A DNA stretch of 64,000 nt from assembly GCA_034189385.1 (NCBI GenBank), contig JAXHVD010000009.1, positions 94,921 through 158,920 of the forward strand, given 5' to 3'. Shown one piece after another: positions 8,862 through 19,191 of the stretch (its first letter is position 1; each line of letters starts with the position of its first letter). Source of the DNA: Thermodesulfobacteriota bacterium (GTDB taxonomy: Bacteria > Desulfobacterota > Desulfobacteria > Desulfobacterales > C00003060). The notes below the pieces were generated by a model. That model ran no database searches, was not told the origin of the DNA, and saw only the letters and a list, made by a program, of their open reading frames with translations. The translations under genes were made by a program, and so were the position numbers.

Positions 8862-9797
8862 TTGAAGATGCATAGAAGCAACAGAAGGGCGGAAAAGGTT
8901 CTCCTCGGTGCCCATTTTTCCATTGCAGGGGGCCTCCACAAGGCAGTGGAAACTGCATCCCGATATGGATGTCCTGTGCTGCAGGTCTTTACAAAAAACG
9001 CCAGCACTTGGAAGGAACGACAGCTTTCTACCCAAGAGATCGAACAGTTCGACCGCGCAAGACGGCAAGGCAACATACAGGTGGTATGCTCCCATGCCGC
9101 ATATCTCATCAACCTAGCCTCACCTGACCGCCGCACACACGAAAGGTCCATAAACGCCCTTGCAAATGAACTCATACGGTCAGCTCAACTCGGCATCCCT
9201 TACGTGATCCTTCATCCGGGCGCCCACATGGGAAGGGGGGAAGATTATGGCCTGCGCCGTGTGGCAGAAAGCATCAATACAGTCTTTGCGCAAACCCGTG
9301 ACGAGACCTGCCAACTCCTTCTCGAGACAACGGCCGGCCAAGGGTCGAACCTGGGCTACAGATTCGAACAGTTGGCCTACATTGCAGATAGGGTGGAGGC
9401 CCAAGACAGGCTTGGCTTTTGTTTTGACACCTGCCATGTCTTTGCAGCAGGCTATGATTTGCGAACTAAAAAGGCCTATAATAGAACCATATCGGCCTTT
9501 GACGGGCTTGTGGATCTTGAACGCCTCCATGTCATTCACGTAAACGATGCCAAAAAGGGGTTGGGAAGTCGGGTGGACCGACACGAGCATATCGGCCAGG
9601 GTATGATTGGAATGGAGGCCTTTGGCTTTATCATGAATGATTCCCGCCTACGGTCCATGGCCAAGATCCTTGAGACTCCAAAAAATCATGGTGTGGACCA
9701 TGACCAACTGAACCTCAACCGCCTGCGCGCCTTGGTTTCCCCTCTCCCAACCATGGTCGCTTTACAATCTGAAAATAAGGACTTATTATACGACTGA
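8862..9797 (+). CDS. nfo: Endonuclease IV
   Basis: LGAHFSIAGG, HAAYLINLASP, LLETTAGQG, DTCHVFAAGYD, DRHEHIG. Confidence 0.95.
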   Translation: MKMHRSNRRAEKVLLGAHFSIAGGLHKAVETASRYGCPVLQVFTKNASTWKERQLSTQEIEQFDRARRQGNIQVVCSHAAYLINLASPDRRTHERSINALANELIRSAQLGIPYVILHPGAHMGRGEDYGLRRVAESINTVFAQTRDETCQLLLETTAGQGSNLGYRFEQLAYIADRVEAQDRLGFCFDTCHVFAAGYDLRTKKAYNRTISAFDGLVDLERLHVIHVNDAKKGLGSRVDRHEHIGQGMIGMEAFGFIMNDSRLRSMAKILETPKNHGVDHDQLNLNRLRALVSPLPTMVALQSENKDLLYD

Positions 9798-9907
9798 GCT
9801 TGCCATTTCATAGACAGGCGAAAGGGCAGGAGAAAGGAACCATGGGTTTTCCGCCCACTACTGACAAAGATCTCGTGATGTTTGCCCTTTGCGGCAGGGA
9901 GTGATTC

Positions 9908-10354
9908 ATGGAGTACATCAAGATTCGATTTGGGAAGAATTTGGAACACATGCACACCAGACTTCAATCCACCATAGACGAGATGTTTCGGCAGGTGAAC
10001 CCCATGCTGATGCTACAAGAGCAAACATGGCGCCCACAGATGGATGTATATGAAACGCCTGAAGAGATCGTTATCGTCGGAGAGATTTCTGGTGTGGACA
10101 AGGAAGACCTGGAAGTTGAAGTTGAAAAGAAGGCCGTGAAGGTAACTGGGATAAGGCGTGAGGCGCCTCGCGTGCCAGGGAAAAGATATCATCTGGCTGA
10201 GATTGCCTATGGTGCTTTCGAGAGGGTTCTCTTTCTGCCAACGCCGATAGATCCAGAGAAGGTACAAGCCTCTTATGCCAATGGTCTTCTGAAGATTAGC
10301 CTATCAAAGGAGCCGCCCAAGCAACCTCGTCGGGTTCCTATCAATGGTCTATAG
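9908..10354 (+). CDS. Hsp20/alpha-crystallin family protein
   Basis: WRPQMDVYET, EIAYGAFER, ASYANGLLKI. Confidence 0.95.
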   Translation: MEYIKIRFGKNLEHMHTRLQSTIDEMFRQVNPMLMLQEQTWRPQMDVYETPEEIVIVGEISGVDKEDLEVEVEKKAVKVTGIRREAPRVPGKRYHLAEIAYGAFERVLFLPTPIDPEKVQASYANGLLKISLSKEPPKQPRRVPINGL

Positions 10355-10498
10355 GGTGCATTCAAGGGACTCGTGGTTTCGGGCGTTGACGTGGCCACAA
10401 TAAGCACCTGGACCTCCTTGAGAAGGGAGAAAGGCCCCTATGAAGAGAGGGTTCCTTGCATATTGTTGGCGAGATGAACAGATCCAGAACCAGGAGAT

Positions 10499-12877
10499 GT
10501 GATAATGACAGCAGATCCAAATAGTACCGCCTCTCCACAGGCAGAACAACCCGCCAAGATCCCGGACGTCTTACCGATCTTGCCGGTCATGGATATGGTT
10601 CTTTTTCCAAAGATGGTGCTCCCTCTCATGGTGCAAGGAGAGGAGTGGCAAAAACTTGTAGATGAGGCCATGGCAAAAGACCGCCTCATAGGCCTTGTCG
10701 TTTCCAAGAAAAAGGATCTTGAAGGGACTCACGAATCAGAGGATCTTTACACGGTAGGCACTGCAGGCCTTATTCTGAAGATGGCGAAGGCCGATGAAGG
10801 AGGCTCTCAACTCCTCGTTCAAGGGATCGGACGGTTTCAGATCAAGGAGTATTTCTCGGACAAACCCTACGCCTATGCCCGCGTGGAGCCAATTGCCGAG
10901 CAGACGGTCAAGAGCATCGAAGTCGATGCCATGATTCACAATCTCGTGGGCCTTTTCCAGAAGGTGGTGAAGCTCTCCCCCTACCTTCCAAAAGAGCTGG
11001 CAGCCCTGGCAAAATCCCTAGATGACGGCGGCATGCTGGCTGACCTCGTTGCCTCAAGTCTGAACATTAACAAAGACGAAAAGCAGAGTATCCTTGAAAT
11101 GCAGGATATTCACGAACGCCTGAGGGAGGTTTCGCGTTTAGTCAACCGAGAGCTTCAGGTCCTGGAATTGGGACAGAAGATCCAGTCTCAGGTGAAACAG
11201 GACATGGACAAGAGTCAGCGGGAGTTTTACCTACGCCAACAGCTCAAGGCCATCAAAGAAGAATTGGGCGAAAAAGACGAAAAGGCGGTAGAGGTAGAGG
11301 ACTATCGAGCCCGTATCGAAGAGAAAGGTCTTCCCGATGAGGCCAAGAAGGAGGCTGAGCGGGAGTTAGAACGCTTGGCCCGCATGCATCCCTCTTCAGC
11401 GGAGTTCACCGTGGCGTCAACCTATTTGGACTGGATGACAGCTCTGCCATGGAACGAGAGCACAGAGGACAAGCTGGATATCAAAGACGCCCAGGCGGTG
11501 TTGGACGAAGACCATTATAATTTGGAGAAAGTCAAGAAACGGATCATTGAGTATCTGGCTGTTCGGAAGCTCAAACCAGATTCCAAGGGGCCCATCCTCT
11601 GTTTCGTGGGGCCGCCGGGTACGGGGAAGACCTCTTTGGGACGTTCCATTGCCCGGGCCTTGGGCAGGAAGTTTGTTCGTCTCTCTCTAGGTGGCGTGCG
11701 AGATGAAGCCGAGATACGGGGCCACAGAAGGACCTATGTGGGGGCCCTGCCGGGCAGAATTATCCAGGGGATCAGGCGGGCTGAGACCAACAATCCTGTT
11801 TTCATGCTCGACGAGATCGACAAGGTGGGAACCGATTTTCGAGGAGACCCGTCTTCGGCCCTCCTCGAAGTCCTCGATCCCGAGCAAAACTTCAGTTTTT
11901 CTGACCACTACCTGGATGTGGCCTTTGATCTTTCCAAGGTTATGTTCATTACCACTGCCAACATCCTGGATACCATCCCCCCGGCCTTAAGAGACCGCAT
12001 GGAGGTATTGAGTCTTTCCGGCTACACAGAAGACGAGAAGGTCAAAATCGCGCAGCGCTATCTCATTCCCCGTCAGTTAGAGGCTCACGGACTGACAGCG
12101 GACCAGCTGGCCATGACTGCCGGTGCCATCAGGGGTATCATATCCGGATATACCCGAGAGGCCGGGTTAAGGAATCTGGAACGCGAGATTGCCGCTGTGT
12201 GTCGAGGCGTGGCTTGTGTGGTGGCAGAAGGATGCAAAGGGTCAAGGCATGTAAAGCCCAGGGATCTACACAAGTTCCTGGGGGCTGTCCGATTTCGGTC
12301 CGAGGCAAAAGAGCGGATATCAACCCCTGGCGTCGCCCCTGGGCTGGCGTGGACCCAGGCAGGCGGAGACCTCATGTTCGTCGAGGCCACAAAGATGAAG
12401 GGAACGCACGCCCTGACCCTCACTGGCCAGCTCGGGGACGTGATGAAAGAATCTGCTCGGGCGGCTCTCAGCTTCATCCGTTCCCATGCTCAAGAACTGG
12501 GCATTTCCGACGATTTCTACGAAAACCACGAGATCCATATTCACGTCCCAGCCGGAGCGATTCCCAAAGATGGCCCGTCCGCGGGCGTTACCATGCTGTG
12601 CGCCTTGGCTTCACTGCTCACGAATAAGCCTGTATTGAACGACCTGGCCATGACCGGTGAAATCACCCTGAGGGGCCAGGTCTTACCCGTAGGCGGGATA
12701 AAGGAGAAGGTCCTTGCTGCACACCGGGCAGGGATCAGAAAAATTATCTTGCCGAAATGGAATGAAAAGGACCTGGACGACGTGCCCAAAAAGGTGCTGA
12801 AGGCCATGAAGTTCCACTTTGTGGAAACGATGGATCAAGTGTTGGAGATAGCCCTATCGTCCAACCAGCAGCTGTAG
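10499..12877 (+). CDS. lon: ATP-dependent protease La
   Basis: GPPGTGKTS Walker A; PKDGPSAG catalytic motif. Confidence 0.97.
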   Translation: MIMTADPNSTASPQAEQPAKIPDVLPILPVMDMVLFPKMVLPLMVQGEEWQKLVDEAMAKDRLIGLVVSKKKDLEGTHESEDLYTVGTAGLILKMAKADEGGSQLLVQGIGRFQIKEYFSDKPYAYARVEPIAEQTVKSIEVDAMIHNLVGLFQKVVKLSPYLPKELAALAKSLDDGGMLADLVASSLNINKDEKQSILEMQDIHERLREVSRLVNRELQVLELGQKIQSQVKQDMDKSQREFYLRQQLKAIKEELGEKDEKAVEVEDYRARIEEKGLPDEAKKEAERELERLARMHPSSAEFTVASTYLDWMTALPWNESTEDKLDIKDAQAVLDEDHYNLEKVKKRIIEYLAVRKLKPDSKGPILCFVGPPGTGKTSLGRSIARALGRKFVRLSLGGVRDEAEIRGHRRTYVGALPGRIIQGIRRAETNNPVFMLDEIDKVGTDFRGDPSSALLEVLDPEQNFSFSDHYLDVAFDLSKVMFITTANILDTIPPALRDRMEVLSLSGYTEDEKVKIAQRYLIPRQLEAHGLTADQLAMTAGAIRGIISGYTREAGLRNLEREIAAVCRGVACVVAEGCKGSRHVKPRDLHKFLGAVRFRSEAKERISTPGVAPGLAWTQAGGDLMFVEATKMKGTHALTLTGQLGDVMKESARAALSFIRSHAQELGISDDFYENHEIHIHVPAGAIPKDGPSAGVTMLCALASLLTNKPVLNDLAMTGEITLRGQVLPVGGIKEKVLAAHRAGIRKIILPKWNEKDLDDVPKKVLKAMKFHFVETMDQVLEIALSSNQQL

Positions 12878-12896
12878 AGGAAGGCCGAATCACCCA

Positions 12897-14141
12897 CTAT
12901 TCCGACAGGCCTTCATCATTTTTCTTTATAATTTCAATGGTTTTTACGCTATACCGGTCTGCTTCAAGAACACGAACTCGAAGATCTCCATCAGTAAAGG
13001 TCTCCCCTTTTCGAGGAATTCGTCCCATGTGATGGAGGACATATCCGGCCACTGTCTCGAACCCCGCTTTCTTGATGGCAATGCCGGTCTCATCCTTGAG
13101 ATCGTCGATGTCGGTGCTCCCACTGACGCGGAAGTGGCCGGGCTCTTTCTGCTGTACCTCAGGAACGTGATCTTCGTGTTCGTCCGTGAGTTCTCCGAAG
13201 ATTTCCTCAATCATATCTTCCAGGGTCACAATCCCAAAACAGGCGCCAAACTCGTTCACTACAATAGCCAGGCTTTCACGCTCCCGTTGCATTTCCACAA
13301 ACAGCTCGTCGATCCGTTTTGTGTCAGGCACGAGGCGCGCCTGTCGCACGTAGGGGCGGATGAAAGTCTTTCGGTCTTTGTCATAAAAGATGTCAAAGAC
13401 GTTTACAAAGGCCACGATCTGGTCCACTCGGTCGCGATAGACGGGAATTCGGGTGTGGCCCTGTTCCCGCACCAGGGCAAGCAGCTCGTCGGTCCGGCCT
13501 GTCTCAGGGATCAGGGCCACGTCTGAGATGGGAACCATGACTTCGCGAACAATGGTGGTGGCATAGTCTAGAGCCGATTCCAGCATCTCCTGCTGGTGCT
13601 GCCGCAGGCCCCCACTCTCGACTGACTCCTCAAGCACCATCTTTATTTCCTCACGGGTTGTATAAAGGCTTCTGGGCCTGCTTCGGAAAAGACGAAAAAG
13701 CAGATTGGTGACCAGGCTAATGGGAAGAGTGACAGGGGCCATGATCCAGGACATGAGTTTCCAGATGATGGCGGCTCTGACAAACGTCTGCTCAGCATGG
13801 TATCTGAAATAAACCTTTGGAACGATCTCGCTAACAACCAGGAGAATGGACGTCATGGCTGCCGTTGCCACGATAGGTGCGAGAGAACCTATCCAGCGTT
13901 GCAGTGTGACCGTAGCGATGACGCCTGCTGCTATGTTGAAGACGTTGGTCGCGATGAGGGTCACCACGAGGCTACGTTCCTTTTGGTCTAGGAGGCCGAG
14001 GGCCATATTGGCCCTACTCAACCCTTGGGTGGCCAGGTGCCGAAGGCGTATGCGGCTTGCCGAAACCAGAGCTGTTTCGGAACCGGAGGCAAAGCTGGAA
14101 CCCAAAATGCAAATCAGTAGGAGCAGAAACTCAAGCATCAC
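12897..14141 (-). CDS. CNNM/hemolysin-family CBS-domain membrane protein
   Basis: SGSETAL, EIVPK, CBS pair, CorC-like C-terminus. Confidence 0.9.
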   Translation of the reverse strand: MMLEFLLLLICILGSSFASGSETALVSASRIRLRHLATQGLSRANMALGLLDQKERSLVVTLIATNVFNIAAGVIATVTLQRWIGSLAPIVATAAMTSILLVVSEIVPKVYFRYHAEQTFVRAAIIWKLMSWIMAPVTLPISLVTNLLFRLFRSRPRSLYTTREEIKMVLEESVESGGLRQHQQEMLESALDYATTIVREVMVPISDVALIPETGRTDELLALVREQGHTRIPVYRDRVDQIVAFVNVFDIFYDKDRKTFIRPYVRQARLVPDTKRIDELFVEMQRERESLAIVVNEFGACFGIVTLEDMIEEIFGELTDEHEDHVPEVQQKEPGHFRVSGSTDIDDLKDETGIAIKKAGFETVAGYVLHHMGRIPRKGETFTDGDLRVRVLEADRYSVKTIEIIKKNDEGLSE

Positions 14142-15411
14142 CTTCGGACACCTCTTTTGTCTCGCGTTTGATGCGACAACTCACGATTCTATGTCGCCTG
14201 GCTTCAGCCACGGTGAAACGCGCACCATTTCTCTCAATGGTCCGCCCTGGGGTGGGGATCTCTCCGAATTCATCACACAGATATCCATTGAGCGTCACGG
14301 ACTCGCCAGCTGGAAGGTCTAACCCGCAGATTTCATTTACCTGTTCTATGGGTGCCCGGCACAGCACGAACCACTCGTCAGGCCCAACAGGGCGAATGAG
14401 CTCTTCAGCTTTTTCGTATTCGTCATAGATCTCGCCTACTATTTCTTCAACCAGGTCCTCCATCGTCACAATGCCGGAGGTCACACCATATTCGTTGACG
14501 ATGACAGACATGTTGATAAGATTTTTTTGCATGTGCCTGAAGATGCGGTGGGTGCTGGCCCCTTCCGGGAAGATGGCCACAGGTTTTAGGAGCTCGCGGA
14601 TGTCGCGGTCTGGATTCAGAAAGAACTCCTTGGTACCGACAAAACCCACGATATGGTCCAGGCTGGTTTCCGAAATCGGTATACGGGAATGGTGGGCTGC
14701 AATCATCAACTCCTCGAGCTGGTCCCTGGCAATGTCCAAGGGGGCGGCCACGATGTCCACCCGCGGGGTCATAATTTCCTCTGCCGTGGTCTCAGAAAAC
14801 CGCATGATATTGCGTGCCATGCGCTGCTCATGGGACGTGATGGTCTCTTTGCGCCCAGCTTCGTCAAAGAGGAATTCCAGTTCTGATGGACCAAGAGCGT
14901 CTCGTGCTTCTTCAGGTACGTTCAGGAATCGCAAAATGGCGTGAGCCAAGCGGTCAAAGATTGCCACTACAGGTCGGGATATCTTGGAAAAAACATGCAG
15001 CGGTACGACAGCAGCAAGAGAAAGGCGCCTTGCCTGACTGACTGCAATGGTTTTTGGGATGATTTCTCCGATGAGAAGGACGAGGAGAGAATCTACCACA
15101 ATGGCTGCAGAGAGCTTGTGTGAGGGTAAGAGCCTTGCAAAAAGAAGGGCGGCAGTGGCTGAGGTGGCCACATTGATAAGGGTGTTTCCAAAGAGGATCG
15201 TTGAAAGCAACTGCCGTGGTCGTTTCAACATGCTGTCAATGAGCGTGGATCGCTTTGATTTGCTTTCCCGGATACGCCGGCGTTCAATGCGATCGAGGCA
15301 AAAAAGAGCTGTTTCCGTTGCGGAGAAGCAAGCCGAAAGGAGAAGTAGAAGGGCTAGTAGTCCTAGAAGTAGAACTACACCTGACGAGGGGTCGTCCAAC
15401 AAGATCTCCAT
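14131..15411 (-). CDS. CNNM/hemolysin-family CBS-domain membrane protein (paralog)
   Basis: FSATETAL, GEIIPK, EDLVEEIVGEIYDEY. Confidence 0.9.
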   Translation of the reverse strand: MEILLDDPSSGVVLLLGLLALLLLLSACFSATETALFCLDRIERRRIRESKSKRSTLIDSMLKRPRQLLSTILFGNTLINVATSATAALLFARLLPSHKLSAAIVVDSLLVLLIGEIIPKTIAVSQARRLSLAAVVPLHVFSKISRPVVAIFDRLAHAILRFLNVPEEARDALGPSELEFLFDEAGRKETITSHEQRMARNIMRFSETTAEEIMTPRVDIVAAPLDIARDQLEELMIAAHHSRIPISETSLDHIVGFVGTKEFFLNPDRDIRELLKPVAIFPEGASTHRIFRHMQKNLINMSVIVNEYGVTSGIVTMEDLVEEIVGEIYDEYEKAEELIRPVGPDEWFVLCRAPIEQVNEICGLDLPAGESVTLNGYLCDEFGEIPTPGRTIERNGARFTVAEARRHRIVSCRIKRETKEVSEGDA

Positions 15412-15868
15412 GGTATGATTTCAGCCTATAAGGTCGTCCCTTGGGGGGACAGACGCCAAGGCCGTGACAAAACGTATTTAAAATACGCCAGAAAAAGCTA
15501 TGAGGTCAAGAAAAAACATGGACACCAGAAAGGAAGGGCGTCCCGTCAACGGTGGGGCCTATTTCCACCAGGGTCCTTCAAATGGCCTGCCTCTTAATCT
15601 TGCACGGAACATGAAGAAAAAAAGAGAAGCCCCTTGAGAGGAAACCGATATTTCCGACCACCCCTTTCCACTGGAGCACCAAAGCCATTTGGGCGGTTTC
15701 TTTAGACAACGGTGCAACCTTTTGAAATATCCAAAATATCGGTTGATAAACCGACAAAGGCATGGTACCGGAAAAAGCAAAGCTATCCAAAGGGCCGATT
15801 GGTCATTTAGTCCGCTTTCGTCCTTTCAGCGCCTTTATGAACCCTGCCCAAAGAGGAGGATATGGCCT

Positions 15869-16792
15869 ATGTGTGCAAGAAAAGGATGCGCGTTTATCAT
15901 CGCTTTGGCGTTGATGCTTTTCTCTGGGAATTGCCTAGCGAGTCCGCCTGTTCCGCCACCCACAGAGGGCTTTAATATTGCGACCGCCGTGGACTGTGAG
16001 ATGTCGGCAGGGGACTTCACGGAGACAGAGGGGTTTACCTGGACGTGGGTGCGCGATATGGATCCCACTGTTCTATTCTACACACCCAGCACGCTAGCCT
16101 ATCCCGGCACAGATCCATACCTGGAAATCTGTGGGCGGGCCGCCCAGATCCGTTATTCTGAGGCGATGCAGTCCACTGATACGTCCTTCTTCCAGTTCAA
16201 GAAAGACTTTGCTGCTGCCTCTGAAGGGGCCGATACTGCCGGCAATAATCTCAGTGTTGACAAGAATTACGGGTATGTGGCTTCAGAGGCAAGCCTCATA
16301 GCCAATGCAACGAATAGCGAAAGGGTGGGCTTGAGCATCGTAGCCAAGGGGGATACTGCAGGATTGGGTGACATGCCTTCTCTTTGTCCCTGGGCAGCAG
16401 AGGATTTCATACCGGCAACAAATGAGTTTATTGCCATGGGGAGCGACACCAGCACCATGAGCGTCATGGTATCTGACACGGAAACAACGACGGCAGCAAC
16501 TAGGGCACCAGCTTTAAATCACAGTATTTCGGCCGTGGGCGTTGGCATGTCGCAAGGGCTGATGAAAGTGGCGTTGATGGAAGGCGATACCATGTATGAT
16601 CCCCTGTTTGACAATCATGGACGGCCGGAGGATTTGTTTTGGGTTCCCGGACCACCCAACCTTCAGAGCCAAACCGACTACAGCGAGAAATCAACGGCTT
16701 CCGGTACCATCGACAAGTTCGCCAAAGCCATGCATTATCATTCAACGATCCCTCAATGGCAAATGCCCGAACCCTGGTACCAGCTTCAGTAG
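15869..16792 (+). CDS. Secreted beta-rich protein resembling Methanomicrobiales sheath-protein family
   Basis: GAGGAGG RBS; signal peptide MCARKGCAFIIALALMLFSGNCLA; motifs LCPWA..FIPATN..IAMGS, LMEG, YSEKSTASG.I.KF.K.M.Y.S; own terminator. Family call is from recall. Confidence 0.6.
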   Translation: MCARKGCAFIIALALMLFSGNCLASPPVPPPTEGFNIATAVDCEMSAGDFTETEGFTWTWVRDMDPTVLFYTPSTLAYPGTDPYLEICGRAAQIRYSEAMQSTDTSFFQFKKDFAAASEGADTAGNNLSVDKNYGYVASEASLIANATNSERVGLSIVAKGDTAGLGDMPSLCPWAAEDFIPATNEFIAMGSDTSTMSVMVSDTETTTAATRAPALNHSISAVGVGMSQGLMKVALMEGDTMYDPLFDNHGRPEDLFWVPGPPNLQSQTDYSEKSTASGTIDKFAKAMHYHSTIPQWQMPEPWYQLQ

Positions 16793-16816
16793 CCCTAAAG
16801 TCTGCTCACGTATGAG

Positions 16817-16845
16817 AAAGGGAGCCCCAATCGGGGCTCCCTTTT
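16817..16845 (+). terminator. Intrinsic terminator (probably bidirectional)
   Basis: aaagggagcccc-aatc-ggggctcccttt followed by T. Confidence 0.85.
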
Positions 16846-16969
16846 GTGCGCTTGAATGGCCAGACTCCGTTTTTCACAATCCCACCGGCAGAAAAGAGTC
16901 AAGGCCTTGGGCCGGTGGAAAGAGAGGAGTCCTACAGGGGGGTGGATTCATACTTCTTAAGGGGCAGAG

Positions 16970-17081
16970 AAAAACAAAAAAGACGCGGTAAGCTCCGGAG
17001 CCGGGGTCGGTGTCTCATCCTATGTCTAATTATAGGTGCGGTGAGACTAAATGTCGCCACCGGCCCCAGAATTCTTCCGCT
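16970..17081 (-). ncRNA. Candidate structured small RNA, about 100-110 nt
   Basis: Own sigma70-like promoter; nested stems GCGG/CCGC, TCTGGGGCCGG/CCGGCTCCGGA, GTCTCA/TGAGAC, CCTAT/ATAGG; ends in a U-tract; no credible ORF. Confidence 0.55.
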
Positions 17082-17086
17082 GAGAA

Positions 17087-17115
17087 ACTATAAGCACGAA
17101 ATAGGGCCGGGTCAA
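17087..17115 (-). promoter_or_regulatory. sigma70-type promoter
   Basis: TTGACC-17 bp-TATAGT. Confidence 0.65.
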
Positions 17116-17324
17116 GAACTTGGCAGGTTTCCGATCATGCTTTCCATGGTTTCGGAAAGCATGGTGCCGGCGCTACGAGACCTTTGTACAATCTCTTTTC
17201 ATGGACTAGGGCGCACTCTTTTTCCTATTTTCGGTCTTTTGTGCAATACACCGCAAGAGAAAACCTTCTGTCGTGGGTGTAAAAAGTGCTTGTGGCACAA
17301 GGAGATATGTGTCTCAGTGGTAGA

Positions 17325-17813
17325 CTAAAGGCGCTCTATCATGGTTTCAACGTCTTCACCGACTGTTTTAAACTGGAGTCCCACCCCCCCTGTGGTGGTT
17401 CGAACGACCATGCCGGTGACAGTGATTGGTTCTTCTTGATCATCAGGTGAAAAGATGAGCGTAAGGTGTTGTCCAACGGCCAGGTATGCACAGGTTTCCA
17501 GAAAGGCGCCGTCACAACTAATATCGGTCACGACATCCTTGAAGACCTTGTCTTCGACGACGTAGCGCACGGCCAGGTCACAAGGCTTTCTTGGGCTCTT
17601 TCTCCGTTCCCAATGCTCCAGCAATCCAAAAAGCTGCCATTCCTCCAATAATCCCAAAAGGGTCTTTTGCTGCTCAAAAGATGCCCTCTCTGCGAATCTA
17701 GCAAGATTCCTGGCAACCTCTTTCAACTGGGCCGTCACCCTGGCCTTTTCAGGTTGTGAATCAGGCTTTTTCATAGGAGGAACACATCTCCAAATCTTTA
17801 TAAATAAAACCAC
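17325..17813 (-). CDS. PilZ domain protein
   Basis: ERRKSPR and DISCDG motifs (RxxxR, DxSxxG); true start may be 17774. Confidence 0.9.
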   Translation of the reverse strand: MVLFIKIWRCVPPMKKPDSQPEKARVTAQLKEVARNLARFAERASFEQQKTLLGLLEEWQLFGLLEHWERRKSPRKPCDLAVRYVVEDKVFKDVVTDISCDGAFLETCAYLAVGQHLTLIFSPDDQEEPITVTGMVVRTTTGGVGLQFKTVGEDVETMIERL

Positions 17814-18295
17814 ATGTTACAGAAGAATGCAACATAGAAATAAAACGAGAATAGAAAACCATCAGGCAAAAGAAAATGAACAACAGGGCCCATGGGAGGA
17901 TTTCGGAGATCTGGAAGTGATGCGCATCACGCCTTTTTCCTCGTGCTCAAACTGCTCCTCCTCTTGTATGCAGCAGCTCAACAACTGTTTCCTCGGCAAG
18001 AGTCCGGCGGCTGGCCCCTGCTCTTGGCAGGTGTCCTGCAACATGAACTAATGCTCCCTCCATGGGCATGAGGTGTGACTTTTATCGCCTTGCAGGAAAC
18101 CCTGAGCTTCATCTTCACAATGCTTGAGGTCTGGACTGGCAACGCTTTCGGGTATGGTTTTGCCGAGAGGTGTCGTAACTTTTTCCATGAAGTAGGGAAA
18201 CGTCACATGTAACGGAAAGAAAACGCAACGGAGGCAGAAAAAGCCTGTAATGGATTCCGGGGATGCAGCATGTGTGGCAATGGAAGGGCAATAGG

Positions 18296-18766
18296 CTAAA
18301 GGGACAGTATCACGGCTTCCAGTTCTTTGCTTGCCGTGGTGAACTTTACGCCAATTCCCTCTGGGGCTCTCCAGACGATTCCACCAGAGATCTTGATAGG
18401 TTCCTCCTGCTCGGCAGACGAGAACATGAGGGTAATGCGCTCTCCAGGTGAAAAGGCTACAGCGGTTTCGATAAAGGCCCCGCCAGCACTGATGTTTTTC
18501 ACGAAGTCCTGAATGACGCGATCTTCTGTAGTACAGGTGACAGGGATGGAACAGGGTCTCCTGGGATGCCGTCTTCGGTCTCTTTCCCACATCTCCTCAA
18601 TGGAAATCAAGATCCTTTGTCGTTCCTCTTCAGACGCATCGTCAATGTACGCAGATATTTCTCTAAGCAAATCTGTCAGCCGAGCCTTGACAGGGGACGC
18701 TTCAGCTTGTCGGGTGGGATCTTTCACAGCAAATAGTGGCCTCCAGATCTTCATAAATATAACCAC
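18296..18766 (-). CDS. PilZ domain protein (paralog)
   Basis: DRRRHPR and NISAGG motifs. Confidence 0.9.
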   Translation of the reverse strand: MVIFMKIWRPLFAVKDPTRQAEASPVKARLTDLLREISAYIDDASEEERQRILISIEEMWERDRRRHPRRPCSIPVTCTTEDRVIQDFVKNISAGGAFIETAVAFSPGERITLMFSSAEQEEPIKISGGIVWRAPEGIGVKFTTASKELEAVILSL

Positions 18767-19005
18767 AGGTTACAGAATAATGCAACGGTAAAGTGTTGCG
18801 GGACCAGCAACCAATCAAGAAAAGGACTTGTATTTCAACAAGATGGTAGCCTCTGGTGATGTGATCACCTTCTCATTGCAAAAGCCTGAGTCCTACCTTG
18901 GGACGCTCACCCTGGATGGGGAAAAAGGCTTGTCAGCAGGGGACGATCAGTGCTAACTTTGACATGATCTGAGGAGCACAAGCACCACCGGATATGATCA
19001 TACGA

Positions 19006-19081
19006 GCCCCCGTAGCTCAGGGGATAGAGCAAAGGATTCCTAATCCTTGCGCCGCAGGTTCGATTCCTGCCGGGGGCACCA
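19006..19081 (+). tRNA. tRNA-Arg(CCT)
   Basis: GCCCCCGTAGCTCAG..AAGGA-TTCCTAA-TCCTT..GGTTCGATTCC..GGGGGCACCA cloverleaf with encoded CCA. Confidence 0.95.
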
Positions 19082-19191
19082 TCAACGCTTTTCACTGAAC
19101 CTGCCTGGTTTTCCCTTTTTTGACAGATGGGAACATGTGCCTCCGCTCTTAAGCTGTTGCAATGAGTGAGAAAGCTAACAAGGGGACAAGG

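Noticed and set aside
8814..9095. N-terminal 94 aa of the 418-aa minus-strand ORF
   Set aside because: Overlaps nfo on the opposite strand; the Smr domain begins only after Met at 8813.
16970..17081. SRP RNA or tRNA-Sec identity for the hairpin RNA
   Set aside because: Lacks the SRP CAGG/GNRA/AGCA loop motif, and lacks a TCA anticodon arm and GTTCGA T-loop.
17827..18290. Short ORFs between the PilZ genes
   Set aside because: No recognisable motif or convincing RBS; mutually overlapping calls on both strands.
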